Shown: positions 54,077 to 64,000 of the stretch, one piece after another | Numbering within the stretch: the stretch's first letter is position 1 | Layout: the number at the start of each line of letters is the position of its first letter | Translations under genes and position numbers: made by a program | The notes under the pieces: generated by a model | What the model saw: the letters and a program-made list of their open reading frames with translations, nothing else | Databases searched by the model: none | Told to the model about the DNA's origin: nothing | Assembly: GCA_963824455.1 (NCBI GenBank) | Contig: CAWGPJ010000002.1 | Span: 144,664-208,663, forward strand | Length of the DNA stretch: 64,000 nucleotides | Direction of reading: 5' to 3' | From: an uncultured Thermoleophilia bacterium | GTDB taxonomy: Bacteria > Actinomycetota > Thermoleophilia > Gaiellales > Gaiellaceae

Positions 54077-55852
54077 GTGGAGAATACGGCCGTGTTCGCC
54101 AAGGTGTTGGTGGCCAACCGCGGTGAGATCGCCGTGCGGGTGTTCCGAACGCTGCGCGACATGGGGATCGCCTCGGTTGCGGTGTATTCCGACGTCGACC
54201 GGACGGCGCTCCACCCACGGTTCGCCGACGAGGCGTACGCGCTCGGCGGGCAGTCCTCGGCGGAGTCGTACCTGGTGGTCGAGAAGCTGCTTCGGGCCGC
54301 CCGGCGGTCCGGTGCCGAGGCCGTCCACCCCGGCTACGGGTTCCTGGCCGAGAACGCCGATTTCGCGCGTGCGGTGGAGGAGGCCGGCCTGACATGGATC
54401 GGCCCGCCCCCGGCCGCGATCGAGCTGATGGGGTCGAAGACGAGCGCCCGCAGCGCCATGGAGGCGGCCGGCGTCCCGATCGTCCCGGGCACGACCGAGC
54501 CGGTCGAGACCGCCGCCGACGTCGCCGCGCTCGGCGCGGCGCTCGGCTACCCGCTCTTGATCAAGGCGGCGGCCGGGGGCGGCGGAAAGGGGATGAAGGT
54601 CGTGCGCGGCCCCGACGAGGTCGAGGCGTCGCTCGAGTCGGCCCGGCGCGAGGGGCGCGCCTACTTCGCCGACGCCTCGGTCTACGTCGAGCGCTACCTC
54701 GAGGACCCCCGCCACGTCGAGGTGCAGGTGCTCGCGGACGGGCACGGCAACGTCGTGCACCTCGGCGAGCGCGACTGCACGATCCAGCGGCGGCACCAGA
54801 AGCTGATCGAGGAGACGCCGTCCCCCGCCGTCGGCGACGAGCTTCGGGCGCGAATCGGCGCGATCGCCGTCGAGGCCGCGCGCGCAGCGGGCTACCGCTC
54901 CGCCGGCACGATCGAGGGTCTGCTCGCGCCGGACGGCTCCTACTTCTTCATGGAGATGAACACGCGCATCCAGGTGGAGCACACGGTCACCGAGCTCGTC
55001 TCCGGCGTCGACCTCGTCCGGGCGCAGGTCGAGATCGCCGCCGGGCGGCCGCTGGCGTTCGCGCAGGAGGACGTTCGCCTGCGCGGGCACGCGATCGAGT
55101 GCCGGATCAACGCCGAGGATCCTGCACAGGGGTTCCTTCCCTCCCCGGGGCGGATCACGGCCTATCGCGAGCCGTCCGGGCCCGGCGTCCGTGTCGATTC
55201 CGGCGTGGAGGCCGGGTCGGAGGTGTCTCCGCTTTACGACCCGATGATCGCCAAGGTGATCGTCCTCGGCGAGACGCGCGACGATGCGATCGGGCGCATG
55301 CTCCGAGCGCTCGGCGAGCTCCGGATCGACGGGGTCGTGACCCTGGTCGGCTTCCACCGCGCGCTCCTCGCCCACCCCTGCTTTCGGGCGGGGGAGACGT
55401 GCGAGGGCATCGTCGAGTCGGAGGAGCTTGCGCAGCAGGCAGCGGAGTTGTCTCATACGACAACAAGCGTAGCTCGGGTGCCGGACGGAGCGTTGTCGGT
55501 ACTGGCGACGGAGGTCGAGATCGACGGCCGCCGTGTTCAGGTGAAGGTGCTCGCGCCGGAGCCGGGGTACCGGGCCCTCGCCAGGCGCAGACGCGAGCGA
55601 GGCGACGACGCGTCGGCGCTCGACGGCTCGGGAACGGTGCGGAGCCCGATGCAGGGCACCGTGATCGACGTGAAGGTCTCGGCGGGAGACACCGTCTCCG
55701 CGGGCAGCGTCGTCTGCATCGTCGAGGCGATGAAGATGGAGAACGAGGTGGTCGCCCACCGCGCCGGGACGGTGTCGGACGTCGCGGTGACGGTGGGGAT
55801 GCCCGTGACGATCGGCCAGGCGATCTGCGCGATCGGCGGCGAGACCCCGTAG
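54077..55852 (+). CDS. acyl-CoA carboxylase alpha subunit (biotin carboxylase + BCCP domain)
   Basis: KVLVANRGEIAVRV, GYPLLIKAAAGGGGKGM, EMNTRIQVEH, and the C-terminal biotinyl motif EAMKMENE. Confidence 0.95.
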   Translation: MENTAVFAKVLVANRGEIAVRVFRTLRDMGIASVAVYSDVDRTALHPRFADEAYALGGQSSAESYLVVEKLLRAARRSGAEAVHPGYGFLAENADFARAVEEAGLTWIGPPPAAIELMGSKTSARSAMEAAGVPIVPGTTEPVETAADVAALGAALGYPLLIKAAAGGGGKGMKVVRGPDEVEASLESARREGRAYFADASVYVERYLEDPRHVEVQVLADGHGNVVHLGERDCTIQRRHQKLIEETPSPAVGDELRARIGAIAVEAARAAGYRSAGTIEGLLAPDGSYFFMEMNTRIQVEHTVTELVSGVDLVRAQVEIAAGRPLAFAQEDVRLRGHAIECRINAEDPAQGFLPSPGRITAYREPSGPGVRVDSGVEAGSEVSPLYDPMIAKVIVLGETRDDAIGRMLRALGELRIDGVVTLVGFHRALLAHPCFRAGETCEGIVESEELAQQAAELSHTTTSVARVPDGALSVLATEVEIDGRRVQVKVLAPEPGYRALARRRRERGDDASALDGSGTVRSPMQGTVIDVKVSAGDTVSAGSVVCIVEAMKMENEVVAHRAGTVSDVAVTVGMPVTIGQAICAIGGETP

Positions 55853-55856
55853 CGCG

Positions 55857-56630
55857 CTACAGCGACCGCTGGTAGGCGCGAAACGTCGAGGTCGCCCACG
55901 CGGTGGTAACCGCCGTGAGGGCGAAGAGCAGCAGGAGATGCCACCAGACGGCCGCCCAGTCGGTGTGCGGGAGCACGACCTCGCGCGCGGCCCGCACGCC
56001 CCAGTCGACCGGGTTGAAGCTCGCCGCGCTCTGCATCCAGCCCGGCATCTGCGGCTTCGCGATCATCGTCGACGAAAGGAAGAGCAGCGGCAGGCCGATG
56101 AAGTTCGCGATCGCGATCATCGTCGCCTCGCGTCTGGTCAGGAGCGCGATCGCCTGCGAGATCCCTGCGAACGAGCTGTTCACGAGGATCGCCGCGAGGA
56201 TGATCGTCAGCCACCCGATCACCCCCGTGTGGATGCGCACGCCGAGCGCGAACGAGACGACGAGGATGATCACGGCCTGGATCGCCGCGGTGAGCGCCGA
56301 GCGCACGATCTGCGAGAGGACGATCGACAGGCGTGAGGCCGGGGTGGCGAGGAAGCGCTCGACGACCTTGTGGTCGAGGTCGTTGATCATCGACATGCCG
56401 GACCACGTCGCGCCGAAGAATGCGTTCATGACGACGATCGCCGGCGCCAGGAAGGTGATGTAGGAGCTCGTGCCGAAGCCGCCCAGCCGCGTCACGTTGC
56501 GGAACAGCTGGCCGTAGAGCAGGAGCCAGACCATCGGCTGCACGAGCAGGAGCACGATCCAGATCGGCTCGCGCATCAGGTTGCGCGCCTGTCGCACGGT
56601 CATGAACCACGTGTCGCGGAGCACGGTCAC
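55857..56630 (-). CDS. ABC-2 type transporter permease
   Basis: Six TM helices and the N-terminus RQARNLMREPIWIVLLLVQP, typical of ABC-2/DrrB-like permeases. The GTG at 56630 overlaps the ATPase stop (GTGA). Confidence 0.85.
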   Translation of the reverse strand: MTVLRDTWFMTVRQARNLMREPIWIVLLLVQPMVWLLLYGQLFRNVTRLGGFGTSSYITFLAPAIVVMNAFFGATWSGMSMINDLDHKVVERFLATPASRLSIVLSQIVRSALTAAIQAVIILVVSFALGVRIHTGVIGWLTIILAAILVNSSFAGISQAIALLTRREATMIAIANFIGLPLLFLSSTMIAKPQMPGWMQSAASFNPVDWGVRAAREVVLPHTDWAAVWWHLLLLFALTAVTTAWATSTFRAYQRSL

Positions 56631-57580
56631 CGGCCGCTGTCCTCCATGCTGAACTCGCGTCCCGTGTAGTGGAGGTAGACGTCGTCGAGCGTCGGTCGCG
56701 AGAGGGAGGCCGATGCGACGGGAATGCCGGCGCTCTCGAGCGCGGACAGGATCCCGGGCAGCTCGCGGGCGCCGTTGGAGACGCGCGAGACGATGATCCT
56801 GCCCTCGACGACCTGCTCGGGTCGCGCGCCGACGGAGGCGATCACGCGCTGTGCCTCCTCGACCGCGCCGTTCTCGAGCTCGACGTGGACGGCGTCGCCG
56901 CTCAGGCTGCGCTTCAGCTCGGCCGGGGTGCCCTCGATCACGACCTTGCCCCGGGACACGATCGAGAGGCGGTCGGCGAGCTGGTCGGCTTCCTCGAGGT
57001 AGTGCGTCGTGAGCAGGATCGTCAGCGACTCGGACTTCGCGAGCCGCGAGACCTCCGTCCACATGGCCACTCGAGCCTCGGGGTCGAGCCCGGTGGTCGG
57101 CTCGTCGAGGAAGAGCACGCGCGGGCGATGGACGAGACCGAGGGCGATGTCGAGCCGCCGGCGCATCCCGCCCGAGTACGTCTTGACGATGCGGTCGGCT
57201 GCGTCCGCGATGCCGACGAGCTCGAGCAGCCCGGCCACGCGCGCGTGGAGATCGTCGCCGCTCATGCCCTGCACGCGGCCCTGGAGCGTGAGGTTCTCGC
57301 GCCCGGTGCCGAACTGGTCGACGCCGGAGTCCTGCGGAACGTAGCCGATCGACCGCCGCACCGTATCGGCGTCACGGAGCACGTCGTGGCCGTTGACCGC
57401 GGCCGACCCCGAGTCGGGGTGGGTGAGGGTCACGAGTACGCGGACCGTGGTCGACTTGCCGGCGCCGTTCGGCCCGAGCAGCCCGAACACCTCTCCCTCG
57501 CGCACGCTGAACGAGACTCCGTCCAGCGCCTGCACCGTGCCGTAGCGCTTGCGGAGGTCCGTGACCGCGATCGCATCCAC
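56627..57580 (-). CDS. ABC transporter ATP-binding protein (DrrA-like)
   Basis: GLLGPNGAGKSTT, YSGGMRRRLDIA, VLFLDEPTTGLD. The start is either GTG 57580 or ATG 57640. Confidence 0.9.
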   Translation of the reverse strand: MDAIAVTDLRKRYGTVQALDGVSFSVREGEVFGLLGPNGAGKSTTVRVLVTLTHPDSGSAAVNGHDVLRDADTVRRSIGYVPQDSGVDQFGTGRENLTLQGRVQGMSGDDLHARVAGLLELVGIADAADRIVKTYSGGMRRRLDIALGLVHRPRVLFLDEPTTGLDPEARVAMWTEVSRLAKSESLTILLTTHYLEEADQLADRLSIVSRGKVVIEGTPAELKRSLSGDAVHVELENGAVEEAQRVIASVGARPEQVVEGRIIVSRVSNGARELPGILSALESAGIPVASASLSRPTLDDVYLHYTGREFSMEDSGR

Positions 57581-57638
57581 GGCTCTCGACAGTACCCGCG
57601 GTCGCCGTGCGTGCGCGGGTAGAGTGCCGCGCGGCCGC

Positions 57639-58784
57639 ATGGACCTCTACGAGTACCAGGGCAAGCTGCTCTTCAAGCGCTTCGGCATCCCTGTCTCCGA
57701 CGGGCGGCTCGCGACAACGGCGGACGAAGCACGGGCCTCGGCCGAAGAGATCGGCGGCCAGGTGGTCGTGAAGGCACAGGTGCTGACCGGTGGCCGCGGA
57801 AAGGCCGGCGGCGTGAAGCTGGCCGATGGGCCGGCAGACGCCGAGCGGAAAGCGAACGACATCCTCGGGCTCGACATCCGCGGCCACGTCGTCGAGAAGG
57901 TGTGGATCGAGCGCGCCTCGGAGATCGCGAAGGAGTACTACCTCTCCGTCACGTTCGACCGCGGCGCGAAGCGGCCGCTGTTGATGTTCACGACGCAGGG
58001 CGGCGTCGAGATCGAGGAGGTCGCGGCCAACGATCCGGACGCGCTCGTGCGGCTCCACATCGATCCGCTCGAGGGCTTCCAGCCGTGGGTCGCGCGCAGG
58101 CTCGTGTATGGGGCCGGCATCGAGGACCCCGGCGAGCAGAAGCAGATCGCCGCGATCGTCGAGCAGCTCTACCGCTGCTTCGTCGAGAGTGACGCGATGC
58201 TCTGCGAGATCAACCCGCTGATCGTCACGCCCGAGGGCGAGGTGAAGGCGCTCGACTCGAAGTTCACGGTCGACGACAGTGCGCTCTACCGCCATCCCGA
58301 CATCGCGGAGTGGCGCGACACGAGTGCCGCCGACCCGCTCGAGGCGTTCGCGCGCGAGAAGGGCGTGACGTACGTGAAGCTCGACGGCAGCGTCGGGATC
58401 CTGGGAAACGGCGCCGGGCTGTCGATGTCGACCGTCGACGTCGTCGTCACGGCAGGCGGGAAGCCTGCGAACTTCTGCGACCTCGGCGGCGGGGGCGACG
58501 CCGAGGGCGTCGTCGAAGCCCTCGAGGTGATCACGCGCGACCCTCAGGTCGAGTCGATCTTCTTCAACATCTTCGGCGGCATCACGCGCTGCGACGAGGT
58601 TGCGCGCGGCATCCTCGAGGCGCTTCGGCGGATCGACATCGCCGTCCCGATCGTGGTTCGCCTGGACGGGACGAACGCCGAGGAGGGCCTGGAGATCCTC
58701 GCCGATGCCGCCCCGCCGAACCTGCACGTGGCCCCGACGATGCTCGAGGCCGCGAGGCTCGCCGTGGAGCTCGCCGGGACATGA
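57639..58784 (+). CDS. sucC: succinate--CoA ligase (ADP-forming) beta subunit
   Basis: MDLYEYQGKLLFKRFGIPV, VVKAQVLTGGRGKAGGVK, NGAGLSMSTVD, NIFGGITRCDEVA. Confidence 0.95.
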   Translation: MDLYEYQGKLLFKRFGIPVSDGRLATTADEARASAEEIGGQVVVKAQVLTGGRGKAGGVKLADGPADAERKANDILGLDIRGHVVEKVWIERASEIAKEYYLSVTFDRGAKRPLLMFTTQGGVEIEEVAANDPDALVRLHIDPLEGFQPWVARRLVYGAGIEDPGEQKQIAAIVEQLYRCFVESDAMLCEINPLIVTPEGEVKALDSKFTVDDSALYRHPDIAEWRDTSAADPLEAFAREKGVTYVKLDGSVGILGNGAGLSMSTVDVVVTAGGKPANFCDLGGGGDAEGVVEALEVITRDPQVESIFFNIFGGITRCDEVARGILEALRRIDIAVPIVVRLDGTNAEEGLEILADAAPPNLHVAPTMLEAARLAVELAGT

Positions 58785-59431
58785 CCGACGCCTGGAGCGA
58801 GCGAGCTGAGGCGTACCGGACGAGTGCGATTCATTCCGCCGGCGAGGACCTGGATCTGACCGTCGACTGGTGCGGCCCGGGCCCGGGGGTGACCGTGCTC
58901 GACGTCGCGACCGGCGGGGGCCACGTGGCCCGCCGGCTCCGCGAGCTCGGCACGACGGTGGTCACGGTCGACCCGGCGCCGGGGATGCAGGCCGACTCGA
59001 CCGCGCCGGCCGAGTCGCTGCCGTTCGCGGACGGGAGCTTCGACGCCGTCGCCTGCCGGCTCGCCGCACACCACTTCGCCGACGTCCAGGCAGCCGTGAA
59101 GGAGATGGCGCGTGTCGCCGGAGGTCGCGTCGTGATCTGCGACAACACGTTCGTGAGCGTGCAGTCCGAGGAGGCCGACCGCCTGCGCGACCCGAGCCAC
59201 GTCCGCAACTACGCGGTGCCCGAGTGGCACTCGTTCTTCGAGCTCGCAGGGCTCGAAGTCACCGGCGAGCGCTTCATGGAGCGGCCGCTCGAGATTCAGC
59301 CGTGGCTCGACCGGGTCGGTTGCACCGGCGCCGACGCCGCGCGCGTGTGGGAGCTGCTCGGCGACCGGATCGCCGACGGGTGGATGATGCTGCCCACGCT
59401 GGTGATCCGCGGGGAGAGGGCGTCGGGCTGA
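58781..59431 (+). CDS. class I SAM-dependent methyltransferase inserted between sucC and sucD
   Basis: VLDVATGGGHVA (motif I) and LPFADGSFDAVACRLAAHHF. ATGA overlap with the sucC stop and TGATG overlap with the sucD start. Confidence 0.8.
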   Translation: MTDAWSERAEAYRTSAIHSAGEDLDLTVDWCGPGPGVTVLDVATGGGHVARRLRELGTTVVTVDPAPGMQADSTAPAESLPFADGSFDAVACRLAAHHFADVQAAVKEMARVAGGRVVICDNTFVSVQSEEADRLRDPSHVRNYAVPEWHSFFELAGLEVTGERFMERPLEIQPWLDRVGCTGADAARVWELLGDRIADGWMMLPTLVIRGERASG

Positions 59432-60306
59432 TGGCGATCGTCGTCGACACCGATACGCGCCTCGTCGTGCAGGGGCTGACCGGCTCCGAGGGTCGCTTCC
59501 ACGGTCTCCGGAACCGCGACTACGGGACGAACGTCGTCGCGGGCGTCACGCCGGGCAAGGGCGGCCAGGACGTGGAAGGGATCCCGGTCTTCGACACCGT
59601 CGCCGGCGCAGTCGGCGAGGCGGGCGCCAACACCGCGATGATCTTCGTGCCGGCGCGGTTCGCGCCCGACGCGATCTACGAGGCGGTCGATGCGGGCATC
59701 CAGACCGTGATCTGCATCACCGAGCACATCCCGGCGCACGAGATGCTCCGCGTCTACACCTACATCCGCCCGAAGGGCGTGACGCTGATCGGGCCGAACT
59801 GCCCCGGCGTGCTCTCGCCCGGCAAGGCCAACGTCGGGATCATCCCGGCGCAGGTGTTCCGCGCCGGAAACATCGGCCTCGTCTCGCGCTCGGGGACGCT
59901 CACCTACCAGATCGGCCACGAGGTCGCACAGCGCGGGCTCGGCAACTCGAGCATCGTCGGCATCGGCGGCGATCCGATCGTCGGCTCCGGCTTCGTCGAC
60001 ATCCTCGCCAAGTTCGAGGCTGATCCCGAGACCGAGTTCGTGGTGCTCGTCGGCGAGATCGGCGGCGACGAGGAGGAGAAGGCCGCGCGCTGGGCGTCCG
60101 AGCACATGTCGAAGCCCGTCTTCTCGTACATCGCCGGCTTCTCGGCCCCTCCCGGGAAGACGATGGGCCACGCGGGCGCGATCATCTCGGGCTCCTCCGG
60201 GACGGCGCAGGCGAAGAAGGACGCGCTCGAGGCGGTCGGGATCAAGGTCGGGACGACGCCGACCGAGGTCGCCGAGCTCGTCGTCGCCGCGGCCGCCGGC
60301 GCCTGA
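59431..60306 (+). CDS. sucD: succinate--CoA ligase alpha subunit
   Basis: VVQGLTGSEGRFH, GVTPGKGG, SRSGTLTYQ, and MGHAGAIISG (active-site His). Confidence 0.95.
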   Translation: MAIVVDTDTRLVVQGLTGSEGRFHGLRNRDYGTNVVAGVTPGKGGQDVEGIPVFDTVAGAVGEAGANTAMIFVPARFAPDAIYEAVDAGIQTVICITEHIPAHEMLRVYTYIRPKGVTLIGPNCPGVLSPGKANVGIIPAQVFRAGNIGLVSRSGTLTYQIGHEVAQRGLGNSSIVGIGGDPIVGSGFVDILAKFEADPETEFVVLVGEIGGDEEEKAARWASEHMSKPVFSYIAGFSAPPGKTMGHAGAIISGSSGTAQAKKDALEAVGIKVGTTPTEVAELVVAAAAGA

Positions 60307-60332
60307 GCACGGCGCCCGGCTAGATTCGGGCG

Positions 60333-60722
60333 ATGGGCGACTACACGATCGTGAACGTCATGGAGCTGGAGGAGGGCGTCAGCGCGCGCCGTCCTGGGAT
60401 CGAGGGGCGATTCGGGCGCTCCGCTCTCGGCGCCGAGCACATCGGCGTGAGCCACTTCCGCTACGCGCCGAACCTCCACTCGACCGGCGGTCACCGCCAC
60501 CGCGAGCAGGAGGAGATCTACGTCGTGCTCTCCGGGTCGGGGCGCATGCGCCTCGACGACGAGGTCGTCGAGCTCGGGCCGTGGGACGCGGTGCGCGTCG
60601 CCCCGAGCACCGTGAGGGCACTCGAGGCCGGGCCCGACGGGCTCGAGTACCTGGCGATCGGCAGCGACCGGCCCGAGGGCGGCGACGGCGAGCAGGTCGC
60701 CGACTTCTGGCCGGAGGGGTAG
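60333..60722 (+). CDS. cupin-domain protein
   Basis: GGHRHREQEEIYVVLSGSGRMRLDDEVVEL..DAVRV (cupin motifs 1 and 2). Confidence 0.75.
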   Translation: MGDYTIVNVMELEEGVSARRPGIEGRFGRSALGAEHIGVSHFRYAPNLHSTGGHRHREQEEIYVVLSGSGRMRLDDEVVELGPWDAVRVAPSTVRALEAGPDGLEYLAIGSDRPEGGDGEQVADFWPEG

Positions 60723-60740
60723 CGCGAAAGTCGACGGGCG

Positions 60741-60769
60741 GGTGCCTGGCACTCGTCGTGCCAGGCACC
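60741..60769. terminator. perfect 12-bp palindromic hairpin between the convergent cupin and SRPBCC genes
   Basis: GGTGCCTGGCAC-TCGTC-GTGCCAGGCACC. Near-identical arms flank the IS element at 12401-12412 and 13422-13433 (the left arm reads CC for AC at its inner end). Confidence 0.65.
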
Positions 60770-60786
60770 GTTCGTTCGTCGGATCG

Positions 60787-61230
60787 CTAGGCCAGCGGTT
60801 CGCCGGTCTCGAGCAGGGTCTTGAGGCCGCTCAGCACCAGCATCCACCCGCCGGCGACGCTCGCCGCCGTCTTCGGCGCACGCTCGAGCTGGTCGTGCAC
60901 CAGCGTCAGCTTCGTCAGGCCGCCCTCCTGCGGCTCGATCTCCCAGGTCACGCGGCTCGTCGCCTCGCTCGCCAGCTCGGGGTCGTAGGCCGATACCCAG
61001 CCGTGGACGAGCCTGCGCGGCGGGTCCCACTCGAGCACCTCGGAGTCGCCCCAGGACTCCGAGCCGTCCGGGCTCGCCGAGACGCGGCCTTCGGGTGTGA
61101 TCGTGATCCGCGAGCCGTAGAAGTACTTCGCGGTGAGCTCGGGGTCGACGATCGCTTCCCAGATCTGCTCCGGGGTCGCCTTGATGTAGAGCTGGTAGAC
61201 CTGCACGGTCGTCTGCGTGATGGTGCTCAT
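60787..61230 (-). CDS. SRPBCC/AHSA1-family protein
   Basis: YIKATPEQIWEAIVDPELTAKYFYG...VTWEIEP..GGLTKLTLVHD. The ATG at 61230 follows GGAGGAGG. Confidence 0.75.
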   Translation of the reverse strand: MSTITQTTVQVYQLYIKATPEQIWEAIVDPELTAKYFYGSRITITPEGRVSASPDGSESWGDSEVLEWDPPRRLVHGWVSAYDPELASEATSRVTWEIEPQEGGLTKLTLVHDQLERAPKTAASVAGGWMLVLSGLKTLLETGEPLA

Positions 61231-61320
61231 CTGCCTCCTCCAGGTGCGTTGAACCAACGATCCTCGTCCAGCGCCGAGAGGATACGTGACCTAACAGTCA
61301 CATGTCAAACTGCACGTCTG

Positions 61321-62601
61321 CTAAGCCGTCGGCAGGACGATCCGGAAGCGGGCGCCGGCCGGTGAGTTCTCGGCCGTGGCCCGTCCGCCGTGGGCCTCGG
61401 CCGCCTCGCGCACGATCGCGAGGCCGAGGCCGGCGCCCGGCTTCGAGCGCGCGGTTGCCGCCCGGTAGAAGCGGTCGAAGACGCGCGGCAGGTCCTCGTT
61501 CGCGATGCCGGGGCCGTGGTCGGTGACGACCACCTCGCCGCCGCGCACCGACACCTCGATCGGCGCGCCGGCCGGGCTGTACTTGACGGCGTTGTCGAGC
61601 AGGTTCGAGATCGCCCGGTCGAGCAGCACCGGATCGGCCCGCACGTGCGTGGGCGACAGCGCCGTCACGAACGTGACCTGCGGCGCCCGCGCCTGCGCGC
61701 GTTCGACGCTCGCCGCGACGAGGTCGTCGAGCTGGACGTCCTCGAGCCGGAGCTTGCGCTCCTCGCCGCGCGCCAGCTCGACCAGGTCGGCGACGAGGCT
61801 CGTCAGGGCGTCGAGCTCGACCGAGGACTCCGCAAGAGCATGCTCGGCCTCCTCGGGAGGCAGCTTGCCCTCGCGCAGCAGGTCGATGTTCGTGCGCACA
61901 GCGGTCAGGGGCGTGCGCAGCTCGTGCGAGGCGTCGGCGACCAGCCGGCGCTGTGCGCCGACGGAGCGCTCGAGTGCGGCGAGCATGTCGTTGAAGCGGG
62001 TGGCGAGGCGGCCGAGCTCGTCCTCGGATGTCACCTCGACGCGCTCGGTCAGGTCGCCGGTGGCGGCGACGTTCTCGGCCGCGGCCGTGAGTCGGCGCAC
62101 CGGCCGCAGGGCCGCCGTCGCGACGAAGGCGGCAAGCGCCGCCGCGAGCGCAATCCCGATCCCGCCGATCAGGAAGATCCAGAAGCGGATGCGGTGCAGT
62201 GCGTGGGTGGTCGGCGTGAGCGGGGCGATCGTGAGCACCGCTCCAACTCGCTGACCCGGATAGACGAGCTCGCGGACGGGAATGCCCTGCGTCTTGGTGT
62301 TGAAGTAGTAAGGGCTCCGGTCCTCACCGCCCGCCGCGACCCTCAGGGCCCGCGAGGTCACCGGGACGATCGGCGAGCCGTGGCGGTCGCCGTCCGGCCC
62401 GATCACCAGCGTGAGGTTGTTCCCGCCGCCGAACGGGCCCTGCACGCCGTTGCTGGCCTGGAAGTAGAGCGTCGAGTCCAGCTGGGAATAGAGCTCGTGC
62501 TTCGCGACCATCCACACCGCGACCGAGGCACCCGTCACCGCCAGGGCGATCGCCGTCGCCGTGAGCAGCATCAGCTTGGCGCGGAAGCTGAGCCGGCTCA
62601 T
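61321..62601 (-). CDS. sensor histidine kinase
   Basis: Two TM helices, a HAMP domain, H-box [14 protein letters not shown]-box [11 protein letters not shown], and G-box GAGLGLAIV. Confidence 0.9.
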   Translation of the reverse strand: MSRLSFRAKLMLLTATAIALAVTGASVAVWMVAKHELYSQLDSTLYFQASNGVQGPFGGGNNLTLVIGPDGDRHGSPIVPVTSRALRVAAGGEDRSPYYFNTKTQGIPVRELVYPGQRVGAVLTIAPLTPTTHALHRIRFWIFLIGGIGIALAAALAAFVATAALRPVRRLTAAAENVAATGDLTERVEVTSEDELGRLATRFNDMLAALERSVGAQRRLVADASHELRTPLTAVRTNIDLLREGKLPPEEAEHALAESSVELDALTSLVADLVELARGEERKLRLEDVQLDDLVAASVERAQARAPQVTFVTALSPTHVRADPVLLDRAISNLLDNAVKYSPAGAPIEVSVRGGEVVVTDHGPGIANEDLPRVFDRFYRAATARSKPGAGLGLAIVREAAEAHGGRATAENSPAGARFRIVLPTA

Positions 62602-63272
62602 AGCTCTTCGCGGAGCGCGTACCCGACGCCGCGCACGGTCTGGAGCAGGCGCGGCTCGCCGTTCTCCTCGAGCTTGCGGCGCAGGTAGCCGACGTAGACC
62701 CAGAGGGCGTTCGACGTCGCGCCGAAGTCGTAGCCCCAGACGCGTTCGTAGATCTGCGAGCGGGTGAGCACCTGCCGCGGGTTGCGGAGGAAGAGCTCGA
62801 GGAGGTTGAACTCGGTGCGCGTCAGCTGGAGCCGCCGGTCGCTCCGGAACGCCTCCCGTGTCGAGGGATCGAGCCGGACGTCGGCGAAGGTGAGCACGTC
62901 CTCACCGCCGCCCGTGCGGCGCAGGAGCGCACGCACGCGCGCGCGGAGCTCCTCGATCGCGAACGGCTTCACCAGGTAGTCGTCGGCGCCGGCGTCGAGC
63001 CCTTCGACGCGATCCTCGACGGCATCGCGGGCCGTGACGACGAGCACCGGCACCGAGTCGCCCCGGCGGCGCAGCGAGCGGCAGACCTCGAGCCCGCCGA
63101 TCTCGGGCATCAAGAGGTCGAGGACGATCGCGTCGGCGGCGGCCGCGGCGTGGCGCGCGAGCGCCTCGGAGCCGTCGGCGGCCTCGTCGACCTCGTAGTC
63201 CAGCCGCAGCGCGCGCGAGATCGCGGACCGGACGGCCGGGTCGTCGTCGACGACGAGAACGCGGGATGTCAT
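62598..63272 (-). CDS. OmpR-family response regulator
   Basis: [47 protein letters not shown] overlap with the kinase gene. Confidence 0.92.
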   Translation of the reverse strand: MTSRVLVVDDDPAVRSAISRALRLDYEVDEAADGSEALARHAAAAADAIVLDLLMPEIGGLEVCRSLRRRGDSVPVLVVTARDAVEDRVEGLDAGADDYLVKPFAIEELRARVRALLRRTGGGEDVLTFADVRLDPSTREAFRSDRRLQLTRTEFNLLELFLRNPRQVLTRSQIYERVWGYDFGATSNALWVYVGYLRRKLEENGEPRLLQTVRGVGYALREEL

Positions 63273-63357
63273 GTGGGAATTGTCACCGATGTCCCTAAGA
63301 GGGGACTCAGACCGATGGTGAGCAGTCGATCGGCCGCCGTCAGTAATCTGGAGCCCG

Positions 63358-64000
63358 ATGGGGATGATCTCGTTCGCACGCGGCGTTCCGGCGCCCGAGT
63401 GCCTGCCGGTCGAGCTGCTCGCCGACTGCGCCCGAGCGGTGATCGAGCGTGACGGCACCACCGTGCTCTCGTACGGGCCGTCGCCCGGCTACCGGCCGCT
63501 CGTCGAGTGGCTCGCGGAGCGGCACGAGGTCGACCCGGCGCGGATCTTCGTCACCAACGGGTCGCTCCAGGGGTTCGTCTTCCTCGCGCAGCGGCTCGCG
63601 CCTGGGCGGCGGGTGCTCGTCGAGCGCCCGACCTACGACCGGCCGCTGAAGATCCTGCGCGAGCTCGGCGCCGAGATCGTGCCGCTCGCCTGCGACGACG
63701 ACGGGCTCGATCCCGACGCGCTCGAGCAAGAGCTCGACGCCGGCGACGCGGCGTTCCTCTACCTGATCCCGACGTTCCAGAACCCGAGCGGCCGGACGCT
63801 TCCGCTCGAGCGCCGGCGCCGTGTGGTCTCACTCGCGCAGGCGCACGACCTGCTGGTGCTCGAGGACGACCCGTACGGCCTCGTGCGCTTCGACGGCGAG
63901 CCGCTGCCCTCGCTGTTCGAGCTGTCCGGCGGCACGACCGGGTACAGCTCGTCGTTCTCGAAGACGATCGCGCCGGGCCTCCGTGTCGGCTGGTTCGTCC
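63358..64000 (+). CDS. class I/II PLP-dependent aminotransferase (3' end outside the window)
   Basis: The frame is open from the ATG at 63358 to the window end. [46 protein letters not shown], and [14 protein letters not shown] (PLP-binding Lys). Confidence 0.85.
   Translation, partial: MGMISFARGVPAPECLPVELLADCARAVIERDGTTVLSYGPSPGYRPLVEWLAERHEVDPARIFVTNGSLQGFVFLAQRLAPGRRVLVERPTYDRPLKILRELGAEIVPLACDDDGLDPDALEQELDAGDAAFLYLIPTFQNPSGRTLPLERRRRVVSLAQAHDLLVLEDDPYGLVRFDGEPLPSLFELSGGTTGYSSSFSKTIAPGLRVGWFV

Overview
Very GC-rich window; third codon positions are almost all G/C, so every real gene casts long spurious ORFs in other frames and on the opposite strand. It reads as a core chromosomal region of a high-GC Gram-positive, Actinobacteria-like organism, based on a DUF2469 protein, CarD, ClpC and many 4-nt GTGA/ATGA start/stop overlaps. 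The housekeeping gene order closely parallels the Bacillus/Mycobacterium origin-proximal layout: tilS-hpt-ftsH ... folP-folB-folK ... coaX ... dus, greA, lysS, clpC ... radA, carD, ispD, ispF, gltX-like, cysS, rlmB, yacP-like, sigH-like, tRNA-Thr. I call about 70 protein-coding genes, one tRNA-Thr(TGT), one IS982-like insertion sequence, two minisatellite-type tandem repeats and three strong convergent-gene hairpin terminators. The items most worth follow-up are these. (1) A 1152-aa coiled-coil protein carries two N-terminal MshEN/T2SSE_N-type modules and follows three tandem M29 aminopeptidase paralogs. (2) A tightly overlapping seven-gene minus-strand cluster, 35266-41140, combines an OmpR/HK two-component system, a small anchored protein, ApbE, a ferric-reductase-like membrane protein, a NuoF-like protein and a ferredoxin. 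(3) The IS element sits in the loop of a palindromic terminator whose intact twin lies 47 kb away. (4) MIRU-like 70-bp x5 and 73-bp x2 tandem repeats are built from gene-end junctions. (5) A Spo0H-type sigma factor, a lower-GC islet at tRNA-Thr, a methyltransferase wedged between sucC and sucD, and two apparent +1 frameshifts (folP and a Cys/Met PLP enzyme). All calls rest on reading the translations and sequence by eye; no database search was run.
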